From contig CM102286.1 in assembly GCA_046563655.1 (NCBI GenBank), positions 12,462,001-12,526,000 on the forward strand: a DNA stretch of 64,000 bases, read 5' to 3'. Both the position numbers and the translations under genes were made by a program. Position 1 is the first letter of the stretch, and each line of letters starts with the position of its first letter. Source of the DNA: Yuukianura sp. NJ FZ-2021. Its lineage: Eukaryota. The notes beneath the pieces are model-generated. The model ran no database searches, was not told the DNA's origin, and saw nothing but the letters and a program-made list of their open reading frames with translations. Below are positions 11,801-24,525 of this stretch, in pieces.

Positions 11801-14800
11801 ACTTTTTTACTTGAAAGTGGAAAGTGTATAAGGTGGAAAGCGGAGTGAAAAGAGAAAGTGGTTCCATTGTTTTGAATGTTCCCGGGAGAAAGTGGTAGGA
11901 CTATGCATAGTAGGGATTGGACAGAGGATTCTGGAACTTCGAATCCTGATACTACACCAAATGTCACCAGTGACCATGTTGGGTTGACAGATACGAATGG
12001 GAATCCAGTGGAACGTGCTAGTCCTTTACCACATTCTGTCACCATGACTTCATTCCAAACAACTGATCAGAGTCTAGACAATCCACTTCCAAATCGGGTA
12101 GTAGTGGAAGCAGAGGCGTCTTCTGCAGATGATCCAATCAAACATGCGCATGAACGTGTTCAACAGGTTATTGAAATGATGAAAAAACATAATGGTACCA
12201 CATGTGAGTACTTCTTCACACCTTACTATTTATGAATTCTATGTTAGAAGGTCAACAAAACAACAATTGACCGCCATCGACTCATTCCACTTTTTAAAAC
12301 TGCAAAATAATGCGCATATTTCTATTTTTAAACATTCCCAAAATTCTACCAACGATTTTAACATAAAAAAGTAGGCAAAGGAGGATTCTGATTTTCAAAA
12401 AAGCGGACGTCGGATCGTCGAAATTTTCCATTCTGCACATACAACCTGAAAATTTTCGACTCCAGTCGGGTCGTAATTTTCAAAATTATTTGTACTTGGA
12501 TTTATGATCGGAATAATGGCGTAAAAGTTTTTCGAAAAGATTTCGAAATTTCAATTTTACAAGTTTTGGTGTTGTAAATTTTGCAAACCAAAACATCGGT
12601 TTATGGATTAACGTTTCCGAAAAATTCAAATGTATCCAATCCCGCAAAATTTTTTTAAAAATTGGCAGCTATGCTATAAAAATTCCGAATGAGTCGATGA
12701 CAGTCGCCATACTTTGGAATTCTAAATTCGGTGCTAGGTTTAGATTACAACGTTCCGATTTTCTTTTGAAACCCGGCAAAATCCTTGGTTTTGATTGGAT
12801 GAATTGTAGTCAGTGAATCAACCAATGAGCGTCCTGGGACTCGACGTGCAGAAAGTCCCGCCAAGACTGAAGAGGAACAGGAGAGTCAGATACTGAGGAG
12901 ACTGCGGTGTCCCAGTGAAAGTACAGAGGTCATCTCTGAACGGGAGCAGCGCAGAAGGAAGCGAACTGGGAACTACCCGGGACTAGCATTAGGTTTAGAT
13001 GGATCCATCTTTGGATCTGACACCATGATGAAGTTTAGTATAATTCGAAATGAACTGCACAATGTCATCAAAGGACAACTCAAACGGGTAATTCAAAATT
13101 AACTAAAAGAGCGCGAGAATTTTTCATTTATGAATTCAATTGGGGAATGCGAACTTTCTCTTTTTAGTTTTGTCTCAAATTTCACAATTTCGAAATTTAT
13201 TGTTATGGCTTTCCACACCCTATGACCTCGACTTGACCTCAAGCTGTAAAGGTGATGTCTTTACTTTGCCTCATGCATAAGACACCGGTTTTTTGAAATT
13301 GAAACCTCATTTTCAATGTCGCCACAGGAGGGAAATTTGTAAAAACTCGTATTTTGACTCTCTTTGCCAAAAACAATGCAAACCAATTGCCGTTTTGTTC
13401 ATAGAAAACGAAATCATATAGGTTTCGTTTATCGTTTTTTCTTTGGTGTATGAAAAAGTGAAGATGTAAATTTTTGGAAAAGTGTTGATGAAAATCTGTC
13501 CTGGTAATTTTTTCGTGTACTTTTTGAAAGGTGTGAATTTTGACACTCTTGTGGTTTGGTTGAGTGATTTGAATAAGTGTGTGTTTGTTGGGTGCTTGGC
13601 GCCAGTACGAATTTGAATTTGGTTCATTTCATTGGGTAGGGACTAGATGTGGATGCGGGGTGGACTCAATTCGTACTTGGGTACTCCACGTAACTACAAC
13701 TTCTAATTTATACCGTGGTTTGCCAAATAGGGGTCACAGATCTACATTTGAAAATGAAAAAATTCATTCCTTAGTTTACAAGCAGTACACTTCTTATAAG
13801 TTTATTATTTATCCAAAATCCAATGTCTTTTTGTAAAACTGGAAAAATTCCAAAATGTATTATAAAGTATAAACCAGCTTTAATACCACATATACAACAG
13901 TAAAAACTTGTTCTCAACTTTAGTTATCCAATATTTCAGTAATTTCTTTATGGGGCCCGAAAGTTGGTGGTAAAAAAAACTTAGCAAGCCCTTAATCTTA
14001 GTTCACATTCTAAGAACTATATTCTAAACGCGAGCTGCGAGAAGAAGTTTTTCTTATTCCATTGTCAGTGTTAAATACATAGCCGAATTAAAAACAATGA
14101 AAATTAAAATTCATCTCAATATGGTTATACTACAAAAATAGAAAACTTCTAAAACAAACTTACTGATAGTTCGAAAACCAATTATTACAAGAGAAATTTA
14201 ACAAAATATTAGAACTTAAAGAAAGTTATAGCATTTATGTTTTTACTACGTTGAGATTTGGTAAAAGTTTATAATTTTTGTTGATGTGACTTTGAGACAG
14301 AGTATAATGCGTGTGGCAAATTCATGTCATTTTGGTCGCCATTCACCATACGCCAGACGAATTTAAAAACAAATTTTTAATATACTGAAAACTAAACGTA
14401 TGTTTATGCATTCTCGAATTGGTCACGGTCTCACGGTTCGTTATAACATAAAATTTGGTTCTAAATTCCCGATTCTGGCGCAAACAAATTTGTACCACTA
14501 AATTGAAACTATACGGTAAAGTCTGAGTGTGTGTATCGAAAAGCTTGGGTTGGAGATTCTGCTGGTCTCTGTATTAATGTGAAGGAAGGCTGGATTTGCA
14601 ATTTGTATTTACTCACACTTGTCCACTCCCAAATTCTTCTAAAAAAGGTTACTTGTGTCACTAAGCTCCATTACTCACACTTAAAAGGTGAAGAGAAGCA
14701 GTCAGTCAACCGACCGATTGATACAACACCTTCTCCAGCACCCACTTAAGTCATAATCATCCAGCATCATCTTCCGGTGTGGGGCCACTTTCACTGCCAA

Positions 14801-17800
14801 TTTGTGCTCAGTTTACATTCCACTTTAATCCAGATCACTTATAAGTTAGCCCCGGTTATCCTCAACATAAAGTAATAATTATCGTCTCAATTAGTGCCAA
14901 GTGTCAACAGAAGAGTTCTTATCACTTCACCGCTTCCGCTCACTTAAAGTCTATTCCGGGTGATTCATAAGTTAACACTTCAAATTACAAAGAAAATGGC
15001 TGCACCGGTACCCCAAGGAGCACTGCTCGATGTTCTCAAAAAGAAAATGAGACAAACAAAAGAGGAAATGGAAAAATACAAGGAGGATTGTGAAGAATTG
15101 CAGAAAAAGTTTCATTTGGAAACGATTAGACGCGAAGAAGTAAGATTTTTATGAAAATTTAAATCCTAATCTTAAAAGAATCACTGGTTACGGGTTCATT
15201 ATTCACTGAGTAATTTCATGGGCTTAGTTTATTGTTCTTTTTTAGTCTTTGTACAGGTAGATAGCGGTGGTGGGCTGGTAAATTAGTAATCAAGGTGTGA
15301 TTAAGGACCATGACAAGGCTATCTTAGGTTTAATATCGTTCCACTTGGTTCTATAAGGAAGCACAGCAAGACAGAGACACTTGTCTGAGAGTTGTCATGT
15401 CAAAATGAAGACGAGATCTACGGTATTCTATGCTGATGTCATCTTTGGAATTAGGAATTCCACGCACGGATTTCCCATGTTGCGGTCTTCATGTGTTTAT
15501 AGGCAGAGTCGCGTATAAATAGTAATTGGGTAATAGTAGCGAGATGCTAAAAAGAGTAATCTTGACTAAATTGCTTAATTTGTCAAAAAGAGGTCAACAA
15601 CTGTGACATACAGGTATATGATTAGGTAGCCGGTGTATGCATGCAAAGATCAAGTTGATATCAAGTTCTGTTTATCGTCGTTGGCGAAGACAACATTTGC
15701 TAAAGTACTGTTAAAAATGTTTCATACTACTAGGTTAGGTTACTGGACTTAATCGTTCCAGTATCAGCATCACCGTCGGATGCTGGATACTTCATAAGCG
15801 TCGACACTATTTGATCCTTACTAATGTGTAATTTCCCAGAAACTCTGAAATGAGTACACTCCCAGGAAACGCACTTCAGTGAGCATAGTGACATGAAAAA
15901 CCAATTGTCATTTTACGGCATTGTGCCATATACGTTATATGCGTAGATGTTATAATAACTACCAATGTATCTGACGTGTTATGTCAACAATTAAGGGCGA
16001 AACGGCGATAACCATGTCTATAGTACTTGTGAGTGATCCAGTTCAAATTGCAAGAATGCGAGGGTTCCAGATAAATTGCGGTTAGATTGGCTATTAGCTG
16101 TAGCTGCTGAATGTCGCTGTTTACGACGATATTTTTATATGCCGGCTAAAATTGTCCAATGTCGCTCCGATGTTGCCGATTCAATGAAAGTTTAACATAG
16201 TGGGAATTGATCTTGTGTTTTTTGGCAGTTTACGAGCCATGCCCTTCCGGTTCCGTACTTAAAGTGATGATGATGATACATCCAATTAAATTCTCAAGTG
16301 TTGACGCGTTATACCATTTTTGTTTTACATTTAATTATAAGGTGTTCGTCGTGTTTCAATGTCGGCCAACGCCTTTACTCGAATAACAAAATGCGAAGAT
16401 GCGTAAAACTACAAAAGTTTCAGTTTCATGTGATTTCTAACAATGGTTTTTGTTTTGTCTATTGTTTATAGGCTGAAGCTGAAGTTGCTGCCCTCAATCG
16501 ACGACTCCAACTTATTGAGGAAGATCTTGAGCGAAGTGAGGAACGTCTAGGAACTGCCACCACGAAACTAGCAGAAGCAACACATGCTGCCGACGAATCT
16601 GAGCGGTATCATTCCATAACAATTAACACTTATTTTTAAAACTTAATCAATGTCCTTCATGGAATTACGGGGATTAGCTACTCGGGGATTTACTTCATCT
16701 TGATTAGACGCAACTTGCAAACCTTCATCAACTGACGTCAATAATATTTTTTGGTGTGATTTGTACATGTACAGAATAAGGAAAGCCTTAGAGAATCGTA
16801 GCAATATGGAGGATGATCGAGTGTCGATTTTAGAGGCTCAAGTAGCCCAGGCAAAGCTAATTGCTGAAGAATCTGACAAAAAATATGAAGAGGTAAACCT
16901 AGGGCTGGTATACAATCAGAACCTGCCGAACTTCTGTATAGCTTTACTTGAGCTATACGTGTTGAATCTGAAGAAATGCTGAGCATAATACTGTTTTTAT
17001 GTAACTTAAAAACTTGGTTCCGTTCGGATCCGACTCAGTCCGAATAACATTGGGAACATGAAACAGTTGATTTGCTTCGGGTTTCTTCAGAGGTCAACAA
17101 TCGACGACGACGCAATGAAATACTTTTCCTTAGAATTTCCCATTCCCTTAAGCACCCCATAATCTTTAACCTTTGATTCCTGTCATATTTGGACAAGTTC
17201 AAGGTTTAGATGATTGAACTTTTTAGGAGTTTTGTATATGAACATGCGCAAACTGTGAGTAGTCAACTACTGAGCCATTTTGCATTTGAACAAAAATCTG
17301 AGCGGGAAATGAGAGGTTTTCAGGAAATTCAGAAACGTTTTTTCACTTTTTTTTTGTGTCCGTCATTTTTTTGGTCACTTCTGTTAACATTTTTGATTTA
17401 TACTTGAACAGTATGCGCAAAGTACTGGAGAATCGCTCAATTTCTGACGAGGAGCGAATGGCCGGTCTCGAAGTTCAACTTAAGGAATCGAGATTTTTAG
17501 CAGAAGAAGCAGATCGGAAATACGACGAGGTCACTAAAATCAGTCTTAATTTTTTCAGTGTTTTAGTGTGACCCCTTTTACTTTTCCTCCAAGAAAATAC
17601 TTGTCGTCGTTTTCAGTACAATTTGTATCCGTGCTTTTAAAAACCGCTAAAACCTAATCCGAAATTCAATGAATTCGACTCAATTGCTGTTAACCGGAAA
17701 CAGAGTTCTAATTTACCATAACGTTAATTTAACAAAGAGTTGACTAACTATTAATCACCACAAGTTTAGATTGGTGTGACTCATTCTTTGTTCAAGTGGA

Positions 17801-20800
17801 AACACTTACGAAATTATGAAAAACCGTTGCCGAATTTTTTTTCTGTGTCTTTTTCCAATGAAGGTTGCCCGTAAGTTAGCAATGGTTGAGGCGGATTTGG
17901 AACGGTCGGAAGAACGTGCCGAAACTGGGGAATCGTGAGTATAATTTTGACCACTGTAGCTTTGTTAACTTCGAAGATTGAATTTCAGTCGTACCTGAGG
18001 GGTTTATTAATCAACAATTTTGTTTAAAAAGAAGAATTAATGAGTGCTAATAATTAATTAATAATTTGCACGGCCATGTCCATTTTGCAATTTTCTTCCG
18101 GCGATACTTCTGTCTAGTTTGCGGCGGGGAATTGCGAATTGTTGAACGTATGATTTCGCAGCGTGATTTAAGTTACATTTTTGCCGAATTTTGTATTACA
18201 TGCGCTAAAAGTATTGAATTTACTAATGTTTGTTTGTCCTAAAAGAGTAAGTGCATCTCAAACCGGAACAGTACGTTGCATCGATGGTCACGGATTTTCT
18301 TGAAACTTGGTAAGAATGTAGTATTTGATGTCCTAAACCAGATCCCTTTTGGAAATTTGAAAAAAGTGACGCATGCCTCCGCTGTCGCCGCTTGAAAGCG
18401 CCATTTTGGAAAACTTGGTCCCCAGTTTATTCAGCGACCTTTCAACCGATTCACTTGCGGTTTTTTGCATTCACTTCAGTTTTCAAATGCCCAGAGGTGT
18501 TTTTCATCGTTTGACCCAAAAACCGAGGTCAAAGGTCACTTAAGGGTCAAAAACTCAAAAATGGGGTCAATTTTCAAAAAAACCAAATCAGGCACTAAGG
18601 GCTACAATTTATATGTCAAACAATATACAGTGACGTCACCGAACACAAAAATTTCCATATTTTGCAATTTGACCCCATTTTTGAGTTTTTGACCCTTCAG
18701 TGACCTTTGACCTCGGTTTTTGGGTCAAACGTTGAAAAACACCTCTGGTCAATTGAAAGCTGAAGTGAATGCAAAAAACCGCAAGTGAATCGGTTGAAAG
18801 GTCGCTGAATAAACTGGGGACCAAGTTTTCCAAAATGGCGCCTTCAAGCGGCGACAGCGGAGGCATGCGTCACTTTTTTCAAATTTCCAAAAGGGATCTG
18901 GTTTAGGACATCAAATACTACATTCTTACCAAGTTTCAAGAAAATCCGTGACCATCGATGCAACGTACTGTTCCGGTTTGAGATGGACTTACTCAAAAAA
19001 TAATCTCCTGTTCCATCACCTTTGACCTCCCTTGACCTCCCAGTTTTATACTTGTAATTCATTGTGTGGTTTTCATATTTTGCTTAACAAAATTATAACA
19101 AAGTTTTGATTTTGTTCTGTTTTATGTTGACAAAACTAACAATAGTGTTCGCGTGTGTTATTTTTTAGGTTGCACGAAAATTAGTTATGATGGAACAAGA
19201 TTTGGAAAGAGCCGAGGAGAGAGCTGAACAAGGAGAATCGTACGTTAAATTAACAAGTTCATAACAATGCTTTGCACGTTCTAAACAAATTGTGCCTCTT
19301 TTTCAAAATTTGTTTAAAATTTTAACAAGTTCTCATTAGTTCATGGTTTGTGTTAATTTGTTTTGCAGGAAAATTGTTGAGCTCGAGGAGGAATTGAGAG
19401 TCGTAGGTAACAATCTGAAGTCGCTCGAGGTTTCGGAGGAGAAGGTAACCGTCTTTAGTAGAAAATTTAAAAGCGCGGCAAAATCAAAATTTAGTGTACA
19501 AGAGAAATGGCGACGCGCGAATATTTTCATATTAGCAGTTTTAGTTACGAAAAATATTTTTGCTCTCTTGAAAATTTTCAGTCGTTGGGTTTGATTTTTA
19601 GCAAAAACTAACTTTAAAAATTTTTGGAAAAATGATGATGAACTTTTTGGTGTAAAAATCTACAGGCCCGTCAGCGTGAAGATGAGTTTAAAGAACAAAT
19701 TAAGAGTATGACTGCTCGATTGAAGCAGGTACAGCGGTAGTCACTAAATTAACATGCAGGCACAGCAGCAATGCTGAACTGCAATTTTAGCAAATTTTCC
19801 TCCACCTCTTTTGTCGTTTTGCAAATTTTATTTGCTGAAAAACTCCACTTTTTTATTATTTCTTTTTTGTTAAGTACAAATTCTAACACTTTTTGTAAAA
19901 ACCAAACGGAAGTTGTCGCCAGTTTTTATTGGCATTTTCATTTTTATTTTGCTACAATTCGTTTAGTTTTTTTGTGAAGTGTTTTTTAGTGTTGTGGTTG
20001 CGGTTTTGGCGGAATCTAAAAAGCTGCGCGATACTCTGGGGTTAGATTGTTAATGTTAAACAATGTTAACAGTTCAAATTAATTGCGTTCCCAAATAGGC
20101 TACTCAGCGGGAAGAGGAATACAAATCACAGATTAAGATGCTTAACTCGCGTCTTAAGGAGGTATCTTCTTTTAAGAGCTGAAAATCAGTGGACAGTGAT
20201 TGATTAAGCTCAATTAATCGGTTTTATGTCGATTTTCTGATTTAATATGCTGCATTTTTAGTGAAGTAGGGCAAGAGGTTTGCGCATATTTGAAAGTAGC
20301 GATTCGCGAATTTTTGTGAATCTGTGTATTAACTAATTTTAATTTATTCTTTATTGGTTTTCATAATTTTGAAGTGTTTGTTTTTTTTAACAATTGTGTT
20401 TTACTTTTGTTTCATGTGACACTAACAATAATTGAATAGGCATCGCAAATGGAAGAGACATATTCTAACCAACTGCGTGCGCTAACGGAAGCCCTCAAAG
20501 AAGTAAGTTTTCGCTGCTTTCGAACTTATTTTTTCAAAATCGAAAGCATTTTTTGCGTATCGCTTTTCAGCAGCAACTGGGTTACGGCAGCTATGGGGAT
20601 TAAAACTTTGCGCTGAAAAGATAAGAGCTTGAGGCGTTTTTCAATTTTCAATACGAAATTTTTACCAATTCGAAATCGATAGATTTGGTGCAGCCATGAA
20701 TGTAACCTTTTAAATACTTTTATTTTTAAATCTATGTATTAGGATAATCGTTGTCGTTTTCTTTTTCTTTTCTTTTTTGTAAATGTTGAATATTGTGATT

Positions 20801-22910
20801 TTTTTTGTACAGTTTTCATGATTGTGCTTTGCGTTTAGATTTTCCATTTTGCTTTGAACTTGCTATAAACAAAACGACATTGTCCTTGCTTTTGCTTGAA
20901 AATGTGTGTCGTTTGAATCAAATTTAATACAACAATTTATCTACTCAAGGCCGAGGCTCGAGCTGAATTTGCTGAGAGGTCAGTCCAGAAATTGCAGAAG
21001 GAAGTCGACCGATTGGAAGGTAATTTTTGCAACTTAAAAAAAATTAATTAGAAAATTTGACAATTTATTTATGAATTTTGAATTTGATGCAACATTTAGT
21101 AGGGTGTCATCGGGGTAGAAAATTTGAATGGCGTTTTGTTTTTTACAGTGCTGAGGTTTTCAATTTTTGAGATTCAAAATTTCAGTTTCAATTTGTTGAT
21201 TTATGAACTTGTAGATGAGTTAAATGGAGAGAGGGAGAAAAGCAAGTCACTGCAGGAGGAAATGGAAGCTACTTTGCACGATATCCAGAACATGTATTTT
21301 AGTATTTTTCTTGAAACTTGAACTTAATTCCACAATTTAAAACTTCATCACAATTTCAGTCTAACATTTTAACGCTACTACTGCCATAACTTTTAAACGT
21401 ATGGATAAGAAACTGAATTTGGAAGTATCGATTTCTAACAGAGATATTTGCCAACACAAATGGCTTTGTTTCACTTCGTTAGCGTTTTCGTGCAATGCCA
21501 AAGGTTATCATTTTAAACAGTTTTACGTTTTGAAGGTGACTCCACTTGACACTGTCTGTGATGCATTATACAGTAAGCTTCTTTGAGTGAAGGATTAAGG
21601 CCTTTTGCAGTTAGTTTTATGCCCATAAAATCACATATCCTATTTTGGAAGTTAGGAACAATGTCACTGTATTTCATATCTTTGTTTACATTGTTACGAA
21701 AATTACGAGAGAAGTCAAATCTAATGTGATGCTGATGACCTTCGACTATTTGCTTGTTTAGAGAGGCTGAGTACTTTTTGTCGTTAAGGTCGCATCATCG
21801 TTACATCATCTTCGGCAAATTGCAGACTTGACATCTTTGGAATCCCAGACAAAGCCAAAAACAATCACAATTTTTAACAATTGCAATTGGATTTGCTTGT
21901 ATAGGAAGGTCAGAGGTCAAAAGTTGGAAGTTCCCAAGGATTAAGGCATCACTGTCTAGGTCTTTTTCAATGATGAAGATTTTAGGCGTAGAAGTGTCAG
22001 ATTTGATTTTGAAATGTGAAATGTCTAAGAAGATAATGCAAAGCAATTTTGTTTTTGAGCAACAAGCGCAATTTGACATTTGAAATCTCCTTTTTAGACG
22101 AATTGGTGAACGAAAAGGAAAAGTACAAGTCAATTTCCGACGAACTCGACGTTACCTTTTCCGAACTCACTGGCTATTAAAAAGCATCTTTACTCGCTAC
22201 ATCAATTCAACATTCAGCATTCAAACTCTATTATACTTTGTCATGTTAGTCAAGTCCTCACTACGATTTTTTAACATAGTGTGAACTTGACTTTTTTTTG
22301 CTTTTTAGTATCTATTTTAGATTTTGCATTTTTCGAGTTTCTGATTTTGCACCACTGATTTTGCACTGCTTAAGCAGCGAATCACTCACTTTGTCGGAAA
22401 GATTGAATTTAATTTTTACGTCAACCACTACTAGTTTTTAGTTGCAGTTTTCAATTGACTTTTTATTTTGGATTTGATTTTGGCTTGAAATGATTTTTTC
22501 TTGCACTCAAAACCTGATTTGAGGGTTAAGACTTGACCTCGTCAGTTTCGATTTTGTTGAATTTTTTTGAATCTTGACTTATGAATTCACTAACTGGCAA
22601 ATAATGACTCCGTCGGTTTGCTTTGATACTACTGGAACTGACCCAATGTGTTAATATGGCTTGACGCTACAGTTCTAAATTGTAACAAGTTTTTAGAATT
22701 AAGGCGGCTGGCGCTGGATTTACTTTGCTATATTTCATTAATAGATTTGAATTTTTAAAATGCGTGTGATTTTTGTTAAATTGAAGGTAAACTGGTTCTA
22801 ATGACGATTTGTTTTGTTATTTTGCAGATGATTTGGGGAATGAGAGGGAAAAATACAAATCAATTGCTAATGAGATGGATCAAACCTTTGCTGAATTGGC
22901 TGGAATCTAG
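8822..22910 (+). CDS. Tm1: Tropomyosin 1 with alternative first exons, mutually exclusive internal exons and alternative last exons
   Basis: First exons: 8822-9061 ([20 protein letters not shown], muscle type), 11876-12203 plus 12810-13087, and 14996-15139 (cytoplasmic type). Common exon 16472-16605. Alternative pairs 16775-16892/17412-17529 (118 nt) and 17864-17934/19169-19239 (71 nt). Common exon 19369-19444. Alternative trio 19666-19728/20099-20161/20440-20502 (63 nt). Common exon 20950-21019. Last exons 21215-21293, 22098-22180 (ELTGY*) and 22828-22910 (ELAGI*). All are GT-AG and phase-compatible. Confidence 0.97.
10050..10059. promoter_or_regulatory. Consensus MEF2 site (CTATTTTTAG) in the Tm1 intron after the muscle first coding exon
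   Basis: Exact YTA(W)4TAR match. A second match, CTAAAAATAA, lies at 10713-10722. The AT-rich background lowers specificity. Confidence 0.4.
11876..13087 (+). CDS. Tm1: Tm1 alternative long non-coiled-coil N-terminus (two exons)
   Basis: Exon 11876-12203 (phase 1) joins 12810-13087, encoding [31 protein letters not shown]...[27 protein letters not shown]. This matches the insect Tm1 long-N-terminal isoform motif and splices in phase 0 to [11 protein letters not shown]. Confidence 0.8.
18245..18994. mobile_element. Fold-back/MITE element: ~340 bp near-perfect inverted arms around a ~70 bp spacer, inside a Tm1 intron
   Basis: 18245-~18589 is the reverse complement of ~18660-18994 with only scattered mismatches (GAGTAAGTGCATCTCAAACCGG...CCGGTTTGAGATGGACTTACTC). 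Flanked by A-runs, a possible AAA target-site duplication. Confidence 0.9.
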
Positions 22911-23651
22911 ATGGCTAGAGATGCTTTTAAACAATTTAAGATTACGAACAAACTGCAAATCCTTTGCTTAACCAATAAAAATGAAGAAGACTCCTCCAAA
23001 TCAGTGACAGAGTGTTGAAAGTTCAGAAATGATGAAGAATGAAGTTAAATAAAAGATGGATAATAAGATGGAGTGGTGATGGTGGGGTGTTCCTTCTTGG
23101 CCGGTTAAAACAATTTACGTCCCTTTAACTGCCTCATTGACAGTTAACTTAAAAAATCTTTCTGTTTTGTGGTGTACTTTCTGTATAATTATTATGCGAA
23201 TAATATTATGATCACATGATTAAAAGGTCAACACCTTCTGTTAATGCCGTAAATGTCGCTAGTATCCTTATTCAACTTTTTCGTTTTCAGGGTTGCTACG
23301 AAGTTGTAACTCCATTTTCTTGGAACTGAATTTAAATTAACGTTAGCCCATTGTTATGTATGGAAGGTTTTCGTCAGGTCGAATTGACACGGGAAGTATG
23401 TTAGCGTCGGAGTCGTGAACGAGTGCCAAACTTTTAACATTTGAATAAACTCGTATTCAAACTTTTTAGGAGTTTTTCGTCACTCGCTATTTTTAGGTTG
23501 AGGATGAAAACCGATCGGGCGGAATCGGCGATTCCGTGTTTTGGTGAGCCCCATTCTCTGTATATTTTTACTGAGTCCGTAATTTGTCAAATCGTATCTT
23601 TGTAGACAACGTTGTTGCGTTTGCGTATAGTAACTTCACCATCACCGCTGA

Positions 23652-23661
23652 GGTCACACTA
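23652..23661 (+). promoter_or_regulatory. Ohler motif 1 / M1BP-like core promoter element upstream of SAP18
   Basis: GGTCACACTA about 65 nt upstream of the SAP18 ATG. Confidence 0.35.
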
Positions 23662-23724
23662 ACTTGGATTAGTGTTATTTCAATTAACAGATATCTAATT
23701 ACCGTTACCGACACCAGCAGCAGC

Positions 23725-24327
23725 ATGATCGAGTCTGTAGTTGAAGAACCGAAACACACCGCGGAAAAAGCAATTGATCGAGAGAAGGTAAGAATATTGT
23801 GACTTTCATACTCTAAATAAAATTATAAAGGTCTTAAATTGAATTGTTTCATTTAGACATGTCCACTGCTACTTCGAGTATTCCCCAGTACTGGACACCA
23901 CAACGCTTTGGACGAATATGGAATGAACGGACAGGTCCCTGGCAATGAGCTCCAAATTTACACTTGGTATGCCGTATTTACTCTTACTCGTGCGTTATTT
24001 TGGTGTTGACGTTTACCGTGAAATGACATGAACCTTTAAATGGTTATGAATTTCAGGATGGATGCCACGTTATCCGAGATCTCAAAATTAGTGAAGGAGG
24101 TCAACCCTGACGCCAGACGTCTTGGGACAATGTTGGATTTTTCTCTTGTCTACCCAGATGGGAAACGACTATATCGTTCGAGAGCCATTGGTTCAACTAT
24201 GACGGGCAACAAAACACAGGATGACAGCAAAACGCTGGCTCAGGCACGATTCTGCATAGGAGATTATCTGGACGTGTCGATTACTCCAAACAGTCGAGTT
24301 GTCAACAGCAACAGAAGACGCTACTGA
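23725..24327 (+). CDS. SAP18: Histone deacetylase complex subunit SAP18
   Basis: Exons 23725-23787, 23857-23966 and 24057-24327 encode IDREKTCPLLLRVF...NELQIYTWMDATLSEISKLVKEVNPDARR...DDSKTLAQARFCIGDYLDVSITP. Confidence 0.95.
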
Positions 24328-24525
24328 GAACTGTCCTGTCACATTATCTTACAAATTCCAACCAAATCGATTTCAAAATCGAAACAGGTATCCTCAAACA
24401 ACAACATATTCCCATACGTTACGCGTGAAATACTTACTACTAACTACTGTCTGTTTTCTTTCTATCCCTATTTTGTTCTATGAAATAACGTTATGAACTT
24501 TTTCAGTAAAGTGAAATTCAGGATT

